Program-made: the position numbers and the translations under genes
Shown: in pieces, positions 8,825 to 18,493 of the stretch
Numbering within the stretch: the first letter of the stretch is position 1
Layout of the letters: each line of letters begins with the position of its first letter
Assembly: GCA_947501605.1 (NCBI GenBank)
Contig: CANMWZ010000030.1
Span: 1 to 51,600 of the forward strand
DNA: 51,600 bases
Origin: Planctomycetota bacterium
Lineage (GTDB): Bacteria; Planctomycetota; UBA1135; UBA2386
Reading direction: 5' to 3'
The notes under the pieces: model-generated
What the model was told of the DNA's origin: nothing
The model's database searches: none
Seen by the model: only the letters and a program-made list of their open reading frames with translations

Positions 8825-10738
8825 ATGCGGTCCCCCCTCACGGCCCTCGCCATTTCCTTGTTCGCACTCTCGACGCTCGCGCCCGCAACTGCGCAGACCG
8901 TCCCGTCGGGCTTCGTCATCGACACGCTGGTGTCGACCGGACTCAACGGCCCGAACGACTTCACCTTCTTGCCGGACGGTCGCATTCTGATCGCCAACTA
9001 CGCCGGCGCGATCACGGTGTGGGCCAATGGCCCCACTGCCTCGATTGGCTCGGTGCCGAGCGTCGAAACTGGCTCCGAACGCGCGCTGCTCAGCATCGTC
9101 GCCGACCCGGGCTTTGCGACCAACGGCTACATCTACGTCTGGTACGCGAGCACGGCCGACACGTTCTTGAAGCTGGATCGTTTCACCCTCGCGGGCGACC
9201 TGACGATCGGCAGCAGCACGAACTTGACGCTGCAAGCAACAACGCGGCGCGTGGTGCTCGGCTCGATCACCGACAGCGCCTTCAACCACAACGGCGGCTC
9301 GTTGCGATTTGGCCCCGACGGCATGCTCTACGTGTCGTTTGGCGATGATGCCAGCAACTGCCCGGCGCAGACGCTCACCGACCCGCGCGGCAAGTTGCTG
9401 CGGCTCGACGTCAGCGGCTTGCCGGCCGGCGGCAGCACAGTGGCGCCCGCGTTCACCGCCATCGGCCCGAGCACCAACCCCCTCGGCACGGCGACGGACT
9501 TCTCGCGACTGGTCATCGGTCACGGCCTGCGCAACCCCGTGCGCATGACGATCGATCCGAACACCGGCAACTGCTACATCGGCGACGTCGGCCAGAGTGC
9601 GCGCGAAGAGTACAGCGAGTACGTCTACAACACCGGCGGTCTGCAGCTGGTCAACTTCGGATGGCCCTGGCTGGAAGGCAATGCGAACTTCACGACCTGT
9701 GTCGGCACGATTCCGCCAGGCTTGACTCCGCCGTTGGTGGATGTTCCGCGCGCGCAGTCGTGGATCTCGATCATGGGCGGCCCGCGCTACCGCAATCGCG
9801 GCGGTCAGTGGGACTTCGGCCCCGGCTATGAAGGCAACGCCTTCTACAACGATTACTACGCTGGCGAACTGCGCATGCTGACGCGCAGCAGTGGCGCCTG
9901 GGCCCCCGCACCGGCAGTGCCCGGCCAGCCGAACGCGACCAACTGGGGCACGGGCTTCACGGGCCTCGTCAGCTATGACGTCGGCCCAGATGGGGCGATC
10001 TACATGGTCAAGCACACGACCTCGGGCTCGCAGACCGGCGGTTCGCTCTTGCGCCTTCGTCCACTCGGCCCGGTCAATTCGGTTGCCGCGGTTTCGGGAG
10101 CCGGCCAGGCCGGCGTGGCGACGGAAGCGTTCGCCCAACCGTTGGTCTTCCAGGTCAACAACCCGCAGGGCCAGCCGCTGGCCGGTGGCACGGTCAACTT
10201 CTCGACGATCGGTTCCGCCACGCTGTCGACGACCAACCCAGTCATCGCCGACGCCACCGGCCGCGTGCAGACGTTGGTTACGGCCGGCCCGCTCGGCGGC
10301 CTCATCCGTGTCACCGCAACGACCCCAGGCGGTCTGGTCGCGGGAACCACGGCGGACCTGTTCGCGCGCCGCACGGCGATCACGCGCGCCGGCGGCATCA
10401 TGGTCGTGCAGGTGCAAAACACCACGACCGCGCCGACGCCAGTCCAAGTACCGATGCTGCTGATGTGCTCGATCCCGGGCATCAACCCGCTGCAAACGGC
10501 CTTTGGCCCGGTTTGCACCAACCCTTACGACCCGTGGACCTTCCCGATCGAGGATTCGATTGGCGTCTACGCCTTCTATTCGCTGAGCGGCACGGGCGCG
10601 ATCGGAACGCCGGGCCTGACCAAGCTCTACAACATCCCGACCGGCGCCTTGGTCGGCACCACGCTGTGGTTCCAGAGCATCGGGCTCGACCCGGTCGCGG
10701 GTCTGTGGCGCACCAACTGCGAGCTCAAGACCCTGTGA
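8825..10738 (+). CDS. Secreted PQQ-dependent glucose/sorbosone dehydrogenase-family protein with Ig-like (Big_1-like) domain and C-terminal domain
   Basis: Signal peptide ending ATA-Q. Motifs FLPDGRILI, ERALLSI..DP.F..NGYIYV, HNGGSLRFGPDGMLY, GLRNP, GDVG, NFGWP and GPDGAIY, followed by SGAGQ.G...PLVFQV....GQPL.G.TVNF. Confidence 0.88.
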   Translation: MRSPLTALAISLFALSTLAPATAQTVPSGFVIDTLVSTGLNGPNDFTFLPDGRILIANYAGAITVWANGPTASIGSVPSVETGSERALLSIVADPGFATNGYIYVWYASTADTFLKLDRFTLAGDLTIGSSTNLTLQATTRRVVLGSITDSAFNHNGGSLRFGPDGMLYVSFGDDASNCPAQTLTDPRGKLLRLDVSGLPAGGSTVAPAFTAIGPSTNPLGTATDFSRLVIGHGLRNPVRMTIDPNTGNCYIGDVGQSAREEYSEYVYNTGGLQLVNFGWPWLEGNANFTTCVGTIPPGLTPPLVDVPRAQSWISIMGGPRYRNRGGQWDFGPGYEGNAFYNDYYAGELRMLTRSSGAWAPAPAVPGQPNATNWGTGFTGLVSYDVGPDGAIYMVKHTTSGSQTGGSLLRLRPLGPVNSVAAVSGAGQAGVATEAFAQPLVFQVNNPQGQPLAGGTVNFSTIGSATLSTTNPVIADATGRVQTLVTAGPLGGLIRVTATTPGGLVAGTTADLFARRTAITRAGGIMVVQVQNTTTAPTPVQVPMLLMCSIPGINPLQTAFGPVCTNPYDPWTFPIEDSIGVYAFYSLSGTGAIGTPGLTKLYNIPTGALVGTTLWFQSIGLDPVAGLWRTNCELKTL

Positions 10739-10870
10739 GTCCGCCGCGGCGGCCGGCGCCGGGCGACCAACGCTCGTAGCCGGCCCCCGTGGCCCCGCGC
10801 GCGATCGATCGCGCGCCTCGGTGTCCGCCGTCGCGCGCGGCACCCGTCGGGGAACGGACCCTGGCCGCCC

Positions 10871-10899
10871 TTGACCGTTGCGGGTCGGCTCCGCACAAT
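10871..10899 (+). promoter_or_regulatory. Putative sigma70 promoter of glmU-prs-rplY
   Basis: TTGACC-N17-CACAAT, 37 bp upstream of the glmU ATG. Confidence 0.5.
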
Positions 10900-10936
10900 C
10901 CTTCGCCCCTTTCCCCGAGCCGCCCCTCCCCTCCCC

Positions 10937-12238
10937 ATGTCTCGACCGCTGGCCGTCGTCTGCCTTGCCGCTGGCTTGGGCAAGCGCACGAAGGTGAGCA
11001 TTCCCAAGGTATTGCTGCCCCTGTGCGGCCGCACCTTGTTGGCGTGCTCGCTCGATGCCACCGACACGCTGAACCCTCAGCGTACGATCGTGGTCGTGCA
11101 TCATCAGAAGGAGAAGGTCATCGCCTCGGTTGCCGATCGCGCCAACACGGTGTGCGTCGACCAGGGCAAGCCACTCGGCACCGGTCATGCAGTCAAAGTC
11201 GCGATGCAAGCACTCGCCGACTTCGACGGCGACGTGCTCGTGACCTACGGCGACTGCCCGCTGATCGCCGGCATGACGCTGCAGCAGCTGGTCGCATCGC
11301 GCGGCTTCGCGCCGTGCTCGGTGTTGACCGCCTATCCCGAAGACCCGTCTGGCCTCGGTCGCATCCTGCGCGACGACGACGGGAGATTCGTGGGCATCCG
11401 CGAAGATCGCGACTGCGACGACGAGCAACGCGCGATCGACGAGATCAACGCCGGCTTCTACTGCTTTGATGCCAAGACCCTTCGGCCGGCGCTCGAGAAG
11501 CTGCAGCCGAACAACGCCCAAGGCGAACTGTATCTCACCGACGTGATCGCGCAGTTCGTCGCCGCCGGCCGCGAGGTCCCCACGCTCGAGGCCGAGGACA
11601 GCGGCGATATCCAGGGCGTCAACTCACTCGCCGACCTCGCCATGGCGCGCGTCGTGATGCAGGAGCGCATCCTGCTGGAGCACCTGATGCGCGGCGTGAT
11701 GATCGAGGACCCGTCGTCGACCTACATCGACTTTGGCGTCGAGATCGGCGCCGACACTCGCATCCTGCCCTGCACCGTGATCGGCAAGGGCTGCAAGATC
11801 GGTAGCCACTGCGAAGTCGGTCCCTTCGCGCACCTGCGCGCGGGCACCGTGCTCGAAGACGGCGCCGAGATCGGCAACTTCGTCGAGGCCAAGAAGTCGC
11901 ACCTGGGCGCTGGCAGCAAAGCCAAGCATCTGACCTATCTCGGCGACGCCGTGGTCGGTGCCAAGGCCAACATCGGTGCCGGCACGATCACCGCCAACTA
12001 CGACGGCGTGAACAAGCACACGACGCGCATCGGCGACGGCTGCTTCGTCGGCAGTGGCACCGTCATCGTCGCGCCGAGCGATCTCGGCGCGCGCTCGATG
12101 ACCGGTGCAGGCGCGGTCGTGAAGCGCGGCAGCAAGATCGGCGCCGACGAGGTCTGGGTCGGAGTCCCCGCCAAACTGCTGAAGCAGCGCGATCCCGCGA
12201 CAATCAAACCTTCGAACCAAGCGAAGGAGACCCGATGA
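10937..12238 (+). CDS. glmU: Bifunctional GlcN-1-P acetyltransferase / UDP-GlcNAc pyrophosphorylase
   Basis: LAAGLGKR, PKVL, LGTGHAV, GD.PLI, NNAQGELYLTD, GNFVEAKK, HLTYLGDA, GAGTITANYDG and hexapeptide repeats. Confidence 0.96.
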   Translation: MSRPLAVVCLAAGLGKRTKVSIPKVLLPLCGRTLLACSLDATDTLNPQRTIVVVHHQKEKVIASVADRANTVCVDQGKPLGTGHAVKVAMQALADFDGDVLVTYGDCPLIAGMTLQQLVASRGFAPCSVLTAYPEDPSGLGRILRDDDGRFVGIREDRDCDDEQRAIDEINAGFYCFDAKTLRPALEKLQPNNAQGELYLTDVIAQFVAAGREVPTLEAEDSGDIQGVNSLADLAMARVVMQERILLEHLMRGVMIEDPSSTYIDFGVEIGADTRILPCTVIGKGCKIGSHCEVGPFAHLRAGTVLEDGAEIGNFVEAKKSHLGAGSKAKHLTYLGDAVVGAKANIGAGTITANYDGVNKHTTRIGDGCFVGSGTVIVAPSDLGARSMTGAGAVVKRGSKIGADEVWVGVPAKLLKQRDPATIKPSNQAKETR

Positions 12239-13188
12239 GCGCTCGTGGCGAAAGACTCCGCGTGTTCACCGGCACCGCGCATCCGAAGCTGGCGCAGGAC
12301 ATCTGCTCGCACATGGGCGTGCCACTCGGCGCCGCATCGCTGCAACGCTTCCCCGACGGCGAGATCAACCTGAAGGTCGAGTGCGACGTGCGCGGCGCCG
12401 ACGTGTTCGTCGTGCAGCCAACCTGTCCGCCGGTTCACGAGAACCTGTTCGAACTGCTCAGCTACGCCGACTGCCTCCGCCGCGCGTCTGCCGATCGCAT
12501 CACTGCGGTGATCCCCTACTACGGCTACGCACGCAAGGACCGCAAGGACGAGGGTCGCGTGCCGATCAACGCGAAGCTCGTCGCCAATCTGCTCGTAGCG
12601 TCGGGCTACACGCGCGTCGTTGCGATCGACCTGCACGCGGCACAGATCCAAGGCTTCTTCGACATCCCGGTCGACCACCTGTTTGCACGGCCCGTGCTCA
12701 TCGAGCGCGTCCGCCAACTCGGCGCCGACAAGCCGGTCGTAGTCTCGCCGGACGTCGGCGGCGTCAAACTCGCTCGCGCCTACGCCAAGGACCTCGAGTG
12801 CGACCTCGCAATCATCGACAAGCGCCGCATCAGCGGTGACACCACGGTGATCGAGCACATCATCGGCGAAGTGAAGGGCCGCGACGTCTTGCTGGTCGAT
12901 GACATGGTCAGCACCGGCGGCTCGATCGTCGACGCTGCCCGCATCGTCAAACAAAAGGGCGCGAACGCGGTGTTCCTCGTCGCGACCCACGCGGTACTCG
13001 CCGGCAAGGCGGTCGAGCGACTCAACAACGCCGACGTCGAGAAGATCCTCTTCGCCGACACGATCCCCCTGCCGGACTCGAAGATCACGCGGCTGGAAAC
13101 GGTATCGATTGCGCAGCTCCTGGCTCGCGCGATCGACCGCATCCACCGCAGCGAGAGCGTCAGCAAGCTGTTCGAGACCGACAACTGA
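12235..13188 (+). CDS. prs: Ribose-phosphate pyrophosphokinase
   Basis: FPDGEI, PYYGYARKDRK, DLHAAQIQGFFDIPVD, SPDVGG and DDMVSTGGS. Confidence 0.97.
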   Translation: MSARGERLRVFTGTAHPKLAQDICSHMGVPLGAASLQRFPDGEINLKVECDVRGADVFVVQPTCPPVHENLFELLSYADCLRRASADRITAVIPYYGYARKDRKDEGRVPINAKLVANLLVASGYTRVVAIDLHAAQIQGFFDIPVDHLFARPVLIERVRQLGADKPVVVSPDVGGVKLARAYAKDLECDLAIIDKRRISGDTTVIEHIIGEVKGRDVLLVDDMVSTGGSIVDAARIVKQKGANAVFLVATHAVLAGKAVERLNNADVEKILFADTIPLPDSKITRLETVSIAQLLARAIDRIHRSESVSKLFETDN

Positions 13189-13246
13189 CCCCGCGCACCA
13201 GAAGCGCTCCGAACCCCACCCAAGCATTCCGAAACGAGGTACGAAG

Positions 13247-13906
13247 ATGCAAGTAGCACGAATGAAGGCCGAGACCCGCGTCGCCCTGGGTCGCAACAAA
13301 CTGAAGGGCCTACGAGCCCAGGGCTGGATGCCCGCCGTTGTCTACGGTGAGAAGAAGGACACTGACTCGATCAGCATCTCCGAGTGGGAGCTCGAGCAGC
13401 ACATCCGCCACCATCACAAGATCTTCCAGCTTGAGTATGCGGGTGGCCACCAGCATGCGATTCTGCAGGACATCCAGTTCGACGTGCTGACTGACCGTCC
13501 GCGTCACTGTGACTTCCGCCGCATCGACCTGACCAAGCCGATCGAGGTCGAAGTCGAAGTCACGCTGCTTGGCATCGCCCCCGGCATCGCCAAGGGCGGC
13601 ACGTTGGTCAAGGACCATGCGCACGTCACCGTTCGCTGCTTGCCCACGGAGATCCCCGATGCCATCGAGGTCTCGGTCGCGACGCTCGACCTGGACATGT
13701 CCCTCACGGCCGCCGACGTGCCATTGCCCAAGGGCGTGGAACTGGTCGTCGACCGCGACACCGTCATCTGCCACGTAGCCAAGCTGGTTGCCCAGGCGGC
13801 AGCAGCTCCGGCCGCGGTTGTGGAAGCGGCTCCGGCGGCCGACGCGGCCCCGGCTGCTGGTGCGGCCAAGAAGGACGAGAAGAAGCCAGACGACAAGAAG
13901 AAGTGA
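13247..13906 (+). CDS. rplY: 50S ribosomal protein L25/Ctc, long form
   Basis: LRAQGWMPAVVYG, IQFD...HCDF, GIAKGG, CLPTEIPDAIEV and an Ala/Lys-rich tail; follows prs. Confidence 0.95.
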   Translation: MQVARMKAETRVALGRNKLKGLRAQGWMPAVVYGEKKDTDSISISEWELEQHIRHHHKIFQLEYAGGHQHAILQDIQFDVLTDRPRHCDFRRIDLTKPIEVEVEVTLLGIAPGIAKGGTLVKDHAHVTVRCLPTEIPDAIEVSVATLDLDMSLTAADVPLPKGVELVVDRDTVICHVAKLVAQAAAAPAAVVEAAPAADAAPAAGAAKKDEKKPDDKKK

Positions 13907-13913
13907 CCCGCAT

Positions 13914-13940
13914 GAAGGCCGCTTGACTTAAGTGGCCTTC
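13914..13940 (+). terminator. Hairpin just downstream of rplY (terminator-like, no U-tract)
   Basis: gaaggccgctt-gactt-aagtggccttc, an 11-bp stem with one G-U pair. Confidence 0.45.
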
Positions 13941-14025
13941 CCCCCGGTAGCAGCGCGCCGTCGACGCAATCCGTCGACTGACGCGCCGATCCAGTCCCAG
14001 GAAGAGGCTGGAACAGGGGGGTTAC

Positions 14026-16071
14026 ATGATGGGTTCTGCAGCAGGTACACACGGGAAACGCCGCGGTTTCGAACAGCGGAGTCGTCGTTCTTCGATCTGG
14101 CTATGCGGCCTTGCCGCGCTTGCTGCCTGTGGCAGCGCCGGCGAGTCCACTGGCTCGAGCGGCGGTGGCTCCGGTGGCGGCGGTTCTGGCGGCGGCGGTT
14201 CTGGTGGTGGCGGCGGCGGTTCTGGCGGCGGTTCGACCAGCATCGGCGGCGGCATCGGCCCTGGCACCGTTAGCCAGGACCCGGCCATCCCGTCGACGGC
14301 CTTCTATGTCGCTACCGACGGCAACAACGCCAGCGCGGGCACCCAAGCCCAGCCGTGGCGCACACTGACCTACGCAATCGGTCGACTCGTGGCCGGCGAC
14401 ACGCTCGTGGTTCGCGGTGGTAGCTACCTCGAAAGCTCGGTCCGCATCGCGATCGCTGGCACCGCCGGCGCCCCGATCACGATCCGCAATCATCCCGGTG
14501 AGGTGCCGATCGTCGATGCCGACTACGCGCAGTTCCGAACGGTGGGCAACACCGACTGGGAAGTGGTCGATTCGGGCAAGTCGATCTGGCGCTCCACCGC
14601 CTCGTTCGCAGGCGGTGGCCAGCTCTACGGCTACTTCGGCGCCGACAACGGCAGCTATCGCCTCGTGCCGTATGAGACCTATGCCGACCTCGCGGCCACC
14701 GGCGAGAACTACTCCGAGTCTGCGCCCTACTACTGCGGACCTGGCGTGTTCTGGAACACCGCCGACCAGCGCATCTATGTCCGCACACAGCGCAGCACCT
14801 ATCAAGCTCGGTTCTCGCTGCAGGTCCCGCAGAACCTCGATCCGCGCGCCACGCCGATGACGATTGGCCCGAGCCGCACCGTGCTGAACGTCACCAGCGC
14901 CGCGCGCTACGTCGTGCTCAGCGGCCTCACGCTGCAAGGCGGCGAACGCATCGGCGACCTGCCAAACGGCTGCCATCACCTGACCTTCCGCAACTGTGCG
15001 ATGCGCATCGGGCGCTATGGCTTTGTCGTCCGTGACGGCTTCCACGACATGCTGCTCGATGGCGTCACCATGCGCGGGTACTTCCCACCGTGGATCGCAC
15101 GCAGCGACATCAAGGCCAACACGAATCCTGCGCACTTGATGCAGGACGCTGCCTTCGAGATCAATGGCGCGACCGACGCTATCGAGATTGCGAACAGTCG
15201 CTTCCTCGGCATGTTCGATGCGATCGACACCTATGGCACGCCCACCAACATGCGCGTGCACCACTGCGAGTTCGCGACGATCCGCGACGACGTTTTCGAG
15301 ATCGCGACCGCCGGCTACGAGATCCGCTTCGACCACAACTACTGCCACCAGGTGACGCAGGGCGTGTCGTGGAACGGATCCACCGCGCCGACTCTCGCAA
15401 TGGCGGGTCGGAAGTACGTCCATCACAACGTCATCGACACGAGCCAGGAGCAGCTCTACGGCCGCGCCGATCCGTTCGCGCTGAGCGAAGCCAAGTGGCT
15501 TGGCCCGACCGGCAACGGCATGGCGAGCGGCCCGATCTTCAGTCTGCATGAGACGGGCGGCCTCAACGGTCCCGATCCGTGGAAGGTCTATCGCAACACC
15601 TTCGTGAGCGGCGCCGACGTCGACAACGAAGGCCTCGGCGTCTGCTACATGTTCCCGGGCAGCAACCCGGCGTATCCGCACGAAGTGTTCGACAACATCT
15701 TCGTGCAGAAGGGCAATCAGTGGATCCTGCGTCGCGGCCGCGTCGCGGACGGTTCGCAGTGCTTTGACGGCAATCTCTACTTCCGCAGCCATGCGAACCC
15801 GACCACGTCGCTGCTCGAGGGCTTCACGTCTGGCTCCACCACGCGCAGCTTCACCAGCCTCTATGGCTTCGTGACCTCGTCGCTGTGGCTCCAGAGCCGC
15901 ACCTTCTACAGCCCGGGTTGGGAACTCGCTGGCGTCGAGGGCGACCCGCAGCTCGACTCCAACTACCGGCCGGCGGCGACCGGCCCAGCGGCCAGCGGTG
16001 CGCTCGATCTTGCGAGCAAGGGTTGGCCTGACGCCGGCTCGGCGGGCCATCGCGGCGCGATCACACCGTGA
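14026..16071 (+). CDS. Lipoprotein with Gly/Ser linker and right-handed parallel beta-helix (pectin-lyase-like) domain
   Basis: Lipobox LAAC, FYVATDGNNASAGTQAQPWRT, AGDTLVVRGGSY, GTAGAPITIRNHPGE and beta-helix rungs. Start codon uncertain. Confidence 0.8.
   Translation: MMGSAAGTHGKRRGFEQRSRRSSIWLCGLAALAACGSAGESTGSSGGGSGGGGSGGGGSGGGGGGSGGGSTSIGGGIGPGTVSQDPAIPSTAFYVATDGNNASAGTQAQPWRTLTYAIGRLVAGDTLVVRGGSYLESSVRIAIAGTAGAPITIRNHPGEVPIVDADYAQFRTVGNTDWEVVDSGKSIWRSTASFAGGGQLYGYFGADNGSYRLVPYETYADLAATGENYSESAPYYCGPGVFWNTADQRIYVRTQRSTYQARFSLQVPQNLDPRATPMTIGPSRTVLNVTSAARYVVLSGLTLQGGERIGDLPNGCHHLTFRNCAMRIGRYGFVVRDGFHDMLLDGVTMRGYFPPWIARSDIKANTNPAHLMQDAAFEINGATDAIEIANSRFLGMFDAIDTYGTPTNMRVHHCEFATIRDDVFEIATAGYEIRFDHNYCHQVTQGVSWNGSTAPTLAMAGRKYVHHNVIDTSQEQLYGRADPFALSEAKWLGPTGNGMASGPIFSLHETGGLNGPDPWKVYRNTFVSGADVDNEGLGVCYMFPGSNPAYPHEVFDNIFVQKGNQWILRRGRVADGSQCFDGNLYFRSHANPTTSLLEGFTSGSTTRSFTSLYGFVTSSLWLQSRTFYSPGWELAGVEGDPQLDSNYRPAATGPAASGALDLASKGWPDAGSAGHRGAITP
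14158..14235 (+). repeat. Low-complexity (Gly3-6-Ser)n coding repeat
   Basis: Encodes SGGGSGGGGSGGGGSGGGGGGSGGGS; recurring ggcggcggttct units. Confidence 0.9.
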
Positions 16072-16093
16072 TGGCGACCTGCGGTGCTACCGC

Positions 16094-16471
16094 TCAATCG
16101 CGCCGACGCGCGCGCCGCGCCGGCGCCGTCTTCGGCGCCACTTCGCCTTCCTTCTTGGCGCGCTCGCGAACGCGCTGGCACATCAGTTCGCACAACTGAG
16201 CGGCGCGCCGATCGGCGAGCGCGTAGTGCACTGTGGTGCCAGCCTTGCTGCGCACCACCCAGCCCGCGTGATGCAGCACCGACAGGTGCTTGCTGACGTT
16301 CGCGATCGAGGACCCGACGATCGTCGTCAATTCCCCGACCGAACGCTGCCCGTGGAACAGTGCATTCATGATCGCCAGTCGCATCGGATCCGACAGGGCT
16401 TTGAACTGCGCCGCCACGCGCGGCAAGAAGTCGGCGGGTATCGCGTCGTCAGACCTCGCCTCGCGGTTCAC
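16094..16471 (-). CDS. ArsR/SmtB-family transcriptional regulator
   Basis: FKALSDPMRLAI, SVGEL, NVSKHLSVL and V.Y.L motifs. The GTG start overlaps the upstream stop (GTGA). Confidence 0.92.
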   Translation of the reverse strand: MNREARSDDAIPADFLPRVAAQFKALSDPMRLAIMNALFHGQRSVGELTTIVGSSIANVSKHLSVLHHAGWVVRSKAGTTVHYALADRRAAQLCELMCQRVRERAKKEGEVAPKTAPARRARRRD

Positions 16472-17871
16472 TCCACACCTCCGGTCGCGACTGGGAGGTC
16501 GGTGCGCTCGGCCCATTCGGTGAACGAGCCGTTGAACCACTTCACTCGTTCCTGGCCGCGAAGGTAGCGCAGCAGGAAGAACGTCGCCGCCGCCTGATGG
16601 CCGGTGCGGCAGGTCACGATCGTGGGCCGCGTCCCGTCGACACCGAGCGCGGCGTAGCCCGCGACCACGTCGTCGAGCGCCGCGAACGCACCGCCACGAG
16701 TATCGCGATCCAGCGGCCGATTGTACGCGCCCGGGATGTGCCCGCGCCGCGCTTCGCTGCCGGCAGTGCCGTGGAACTGCTCGGGGGTGCGAACATCGAC
16801 GATGGCAACCGCCCCCTGCTGCACCAGCCGCGCGACTTCGTCGATGCCGATCGTGAAGTCATCCGCACCGTCGCGGACGCCGTGAACGACCTTGGTCGGC
16901 GTCACCGTCTCCTCGTCGAGCGGGAGCCCTTCGGCGGCCCAGCGCAGCACGCCGCCCTCGACGATGGCGACAGCAGTGTGCCCCGTACGCAGCAGCGCCA
17001 GCGCGGCCAACGCCGCATCCTGCACGCGGTCGGCGGCGACGATCGCAACCGGAGTGTCGAGCGCGATGCCGAGCGCACCAAAGGTCGCTGCCAGTACCTC
17101 CGCCGGCAAGAGCATCAGGTCGCGATCGCCGTGGCGACTGCGCAACGACGACAGCGGCACGTGTACCGAATCCTCTACGTGCGCAGCGTCGTAGGCTGAT
17201 CGCGCCCGCACATCGAGCACGACGACCGTCGCCAAGCGCTGGGCCAACCACGAGGGCGAGACGACGCACGGGGCTACGAGATGCGGCGGATCGCTGGCCC
17301 ATGTCGACACCGGTGCGGGCTCGAACGACCCCAGGAAGGCACGTTGACAGACAGCGAAGAACCCGCTGTGCGCATCCTGCGTGGCCGCGTCGAGGTCGCT
17401 GCGCAAGGACGGTGGCGTCAACACCTGCAGTCGGAAGGCATCGAGCCCGCCGTCGAGCACGCGAACGTTGTCGTAACCCCGCCGCTGCAGTTCGACCCAA
17501 GCCTGGGCCGGATGCGCGGCGCCGTTGCTGTAGATCACGACGAGGCGCGGTCCGGCCGCGAGCGCCGCAGCGCCGCGTTCGCCGACCAGATCCGGCACGG
17601 TCATGGACAGTGCGCCTGGAAGGTGAAAGCGCTCGAACTCCTCGCGCGGCCGCACGTCGATGAGCGTCACCTCGGAACGCGCGCGCAGCAGTTCGTGGGC
17701 GAGCTCGATCGGACCGATGTGGTCATCACCGGTCTCGACCTGCTGCCATGGCACTGCCGCGGCGCGCCCCCGCGCAGCCCTGTCGACTTCGCCAATCGCG
17801 ATCACGGCGATGACCGCCGCGACCATCCCCGCGAGCGCCACCACTTGCTTCGCTGCGTCGTGCATCACCAT
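16468..17871 (-). CDS. Membrane-anchored triple-rhodanese sulfurtransferase
   Basis: N-terminal hydrophobic helix and three DVR...H[LVI]xx[AS] rhodanese units. Only the third has an active-site Cys (TCRTGHQA). Ends with signature FNGSFTEW. Confidence 0.88.
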   Translation of the reverse strand: MVMHDAAKQVVALAGMVAAVIAVIAIGEVDRAARGRAAAVPWQQVETGDDHIGPIELAHELLRARSEVTLIDVRPREEFERFHLPGALSMTVPDLVGERGAAALAAGPRLVVIYSNGAAHPAQAWVELQRRGYDNVRVLDGGLDAFRLQVLTPPSLRSDLDAATQDAHSGFFAVCQRAFLGSFEPAPVSTWASDPPHLVAPCVVSPSWLAQRLATVVVLDVRARSAYDAAHVEDSVHVPLSSLRSRHGDRDLMLLPAEVLAATFGALGIALDTPVAIVAADRVQDAALAALALLRTGHTAVAIVEGGVLRWAAEGLPLDEETVTPTKVVHGVRDGADDFTIGIDEVARLVQQGAVAIVDVRTPEQFHGTAGSEARRGHIPGAYNRPLDRDTRGGAFAALDDVVAGYAALGVDGTRPTIVTCRTGHQAAATFFLLRYLRGQERVKWFNGSFTEWAERTDLPVATGGVE

Positions 17872-17893
17872 GACTCGCTCCTGTTCGATTGCT

Positions 17894-18493
17894 TCACGAT
17901 TCGGTCGTTTCGGGAATGCGCCGCATGCGCGCTTCGACGGCGTGCGCCATCACGAACGCCAGCAGTGCCACCACGAGGAGCCCGATCGCGCCCGTCATCG
18001 GGTCGATGCCGAGCAGCTCCGGGACACCGCTGCGACCAGAGGCTCCGAGTCCGCGCAGCGGTGAGATCGCGGGCGCAGCCGCGGCGAAAGCCATGCTGCC
18101 GATGCCGGCTCCGACCAAGAACACGAGAGCGTCGATGCGGCCGCTTCCGAGCCCGACGGCCGCGGTGCCGGGACAGAACCCGCCGATCACGAAGCCGAGG
18201 CCGAACACGACCCCGCCCACCGCCTGCGCACCGATCACGGTGTCGGGCACGTAGAGCTGCAGCGGTTCGACCACGCCCATCGCCGCCAGCAGTTGCAGTC
18301 CGATGGCAGCGACGGCCATCGCGCTGAACATCACCTTGAGCACGGCCCAATCGCGGAAGTAGAAGATCGACGTCAGCTTCCTGCTGCTGCCGAAGCCGGC
18401 ACGTTCGAGCCAGAAGCCGAACAACAGCCCGAGCACGAGGGCGGCAGCGAATCCCGCAGCGGTGTCGAGCAGTCCTTGGTCGTACAGATTCAT
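17894..18493 (-). CDS. YeeE/YedE-family sulfur-compound transporter subunit
   Basis: GLLFGFWLERAGFGSSRKL, DWAVLKVMF and GGVVFGLGFVIGGFCPGT. Confidence 0.9.
   Translation of the reverse strand: MNLYDQGLLDTAAGFAAALVLGLLFGFWLERAGFGSSRKLTSIFYFRDWAVLKVMFSAMAVAAIGLQLLAAMGVVEPLQLYVPDTVIGAQAVGGVVFGLGFVIGGFCPGTAAVGLGSGRIDALVFLVGAGIGSMAFAAAAPAISPLRGLGASGRSGVPELLGIDPMTGAIGLLVVALLAFVMAHAVEARMRRIPETTES

Noticed and set aside
5803..16050. Very long antisense or alternative-frame ORFs (5803-8142, 8762-11521, 14101-16050; likewise 42016-43680)
   Set aside because: These are shadows of real genes in high-GC DNA, with Arg/Ala-rich composition and no motifs.
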